Below are positions 62,505 through 64,000 of a stretch of 64,000 nucleotides of DNA, piece after piece. The stretch covers positions 1 through 64,000 of the forward strand of contig CAWCMR010000020.1 in NCBI GenBank assembly GCA_963796685.1, read 5' to 3'. Under the pieces are notes generated by a model. That model was not told the origin of the DNA. It did no database searches and worked only from the letters and a program-made list of their open reading frames with translations. Origin of the DNA: an uncultured delta proteobacterium. Its GTDB lineage: Bacteria; Myxococcota_A; Polyangia; Fen-1088. Positions within the stretch are counted from its first letter, which is position 1. Every line of letters starts with the position of its first letter. Both the position numbers and the translations under genes were made by a program.

Positions 62505-63377
62505 ATGGTGGCGTTGATGAGTGGCCTGTCGGTCGTGTTGATGTTTTCTGCCTGCGGAACGGATGGGACGGAGGCGGCCGAGGTGGGCGTCGACGTTCGA
62601 GATTCGGGTATGCCCAGTGGTCCGGATGGGCCTGCCGAGGTCGGCGAGCAGGCTGCGGCAGACAGCAGTCCCACCTGTTCGGGCTTTTGCAACGCGGTGA
62701 CGCCGTCCTATCCGACCGTGAGCCCAGACAGCAGTCAGGGCAACATCACGATGTACACGACCAACGCGAGCACGGGCGGAGCGTGCAACTACGGCGTGAC
62801 CAAGGTCATGTATTTCGTCGCGGTGAACGTGAGCATAACTCCAGGGGATGGGCAGGGACAGTGGCACAGTGGCCGTATTTGCGGCCAGTGCGTCGAGGTG
62901 ACGGCAGTGACGACCCAGGGCGCACAGTCGGTCTTGGCGCGCATCATGGACAAGTGTCCTGACAGCTACTGCGGCATGGACTTGGGTGGCGCGGCTCCCG
63001 AGGCGATCATGCTCGACGGTTTTGGTCGCTACGACGGAAGCTGGCATTTCGTTTCATGTTCGGGCCATCCTGAGGTCTCGGACGGGCCGACCAGCCTCTA
63101 CGTCAGCACAGGAGCCAGCCCCTATTGGTCGCGGGTGCAAATACGCAACCCACCGGGCGCGGTCTTGTCGATCGTCTGGCGTGATTCGCTTGGGGCGTCC
63201 GGCACGTTCTCGTACGCGAGCGATCCCGAAAACACCTTCGAGGTTCCGACGTCGGTCTTGCAATCGACGGCAACGACCGTCACGGTGACCGCTGTCTTCA
63301 GCGACGGCAGCAGCGAGTCGGTGGAGGTAGCGCCGTCACGGCTCGCTACGGAAGATACTTCGTATGGTATGAGCTGA
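62505..63377 (+). CDS. Expansin-like (EXLX) lipoprotein: DPBB + CBM63-like domains
   Basis: Lipobox FSAC; T.Y....GGACNYG, CGQCVEVT, IMDKCPD...DL, W.FVSC, YW.RVQIRN. Confidence 0.8.
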   Translation: MVALMSGLSVVLMFSACGTDGTEAAEVGVDVRDSGMPSGPDGPAEVGEQAAADSSPTCSGFCNAVTPSYPTVSPDSSQGNITMYTTNASTGGACNYGVTKVMYFVAVNVSITPGDGQGQWHSGRICGQCVEVTAVTTQGAQSVLARIMDKCPDSYCGMDLGGAAPEAIMLDGFGRYDGSWHFVSCSGHPEVSDGPTSLYVSTGASPYWSRVQIRNPPGAVLSIVWRDSLGASGTFSYASDPENTFEVPTSVLQSTATTVTVTAVFSDGSSESVEVAPSRLATEDTSYGMS

Positions 63378-63388
63378 AGTCGTGAGGC

Positions 63389-63965
63389 CTACGTGTCGAT
63401 GCGCCAGTACTTGCCGCCTCCGCCTTCCCTGGCCATGTAGCCGTATTCCACCAGCCAGCGCCGTAGCCGGGCGGTGTCGTCGCTGAATCTCTTGAGGAGC
63501 TCGATTCACGCGTTTCTCCGGGTAGCGTACGCCGTGGGTGAAGGACGGCAGTACGTGGCGCAGGAGCACGCGGACTTTCTTCTCCTGGGTGGGGAACGCT
63601 TCGATTCGGCCGTCGGGGGTAGTGAAGGTGGCCAGCACCTTGCGGTCGAAATCGGCAAGCCCCTGTTCATCCGCAGGGCGCGCGGGCTCTGCCTGCGCCA
63701 GCAACCTCTTGGCCAGGTCGGACAGGACACCGGTGTCGAGAGCGTAGAGGTTGTAGTAGCTTTCGCTGCGGGCAGAGACGAGCCCCGCGCGCGCCAGGCG
63801 GCTCAGGTGGTGCGACACCGTCGAAACCCCGATGCCGAGGGTAGCGCCGAGCTGCTCCACGGTGTGGGCCCGCTGAGACAACAGCCCCACGATGCGCAGA
63901 CGATTCGGCTCGCCGAGGGCCTTGAAGAATTCCACCAGGTCTTGTTCGTTGCTTGCGTTGGGCAT
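63389..63965 (-). CDS. ArsR-family HTH + DUF2087 protein (frameshift near 63505)
   Basis: FKALGEPNRLRIVGLL...TVSHHL.RL..AGLV; F..DGRI..FP.Q.KK; after correction VNELLKRFSDDTARLRRWLVEYGYM.RE..G.YWR-stop. Confidence 0.85.
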
Positions 63966-64000
63966 GTCGGGGATCTTGATTTTGTAGAACTAATTCGATA

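Overview
High-GC bacterial chromosome segment. It is probably Myxococcota (Polyangia-like), inferred from the Gly/Ser-stalked lipoproteins, Cys-rich lipoproteins, and PilZ, HDOD and TPR-cNMP proteins. Backbone genes: a Bat-type MoxR operon, glnS, a beta-carbonic anhydrase, sucA-sucB-lpdA, a second RDD/SpoIIM/DUF4129-DUF4350/MoxR/DUF58 operon, vapBC, plant-polysaccharide-related lipoproteins (GH53, SGNH, expansin), an RlmI-like methyltransferase, an ArnT-like glycosyltransferase, SMUG1 and rplM-rpsI. The standout is a precisely bounded 4,980-bp cargo transposon (40338-45317) with perfect 17-bp terminal inverted repeats (GGCTTTGCCCAATGATT, IS903-like) and a 9-bp target duplication (CCAGCCCGC). 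It carries a central SWIM-zinc-finger-DDE transposase flanked by two tiny Zn/HTH genes, plus cargo that includes a RosmerTA-like toxin/HTH-peptidase pair. It has inserted inside a copy of a REP-like palindromic repeat family that occurs at five loci here; intact copies reconstruct the empty site. Several other palindromic mini-elements and gene remnants are present. About 8 single-base frameshifts suggest an imperfectly polished long-read assembly. All product calls come from motif recognition only; no database searches were run.
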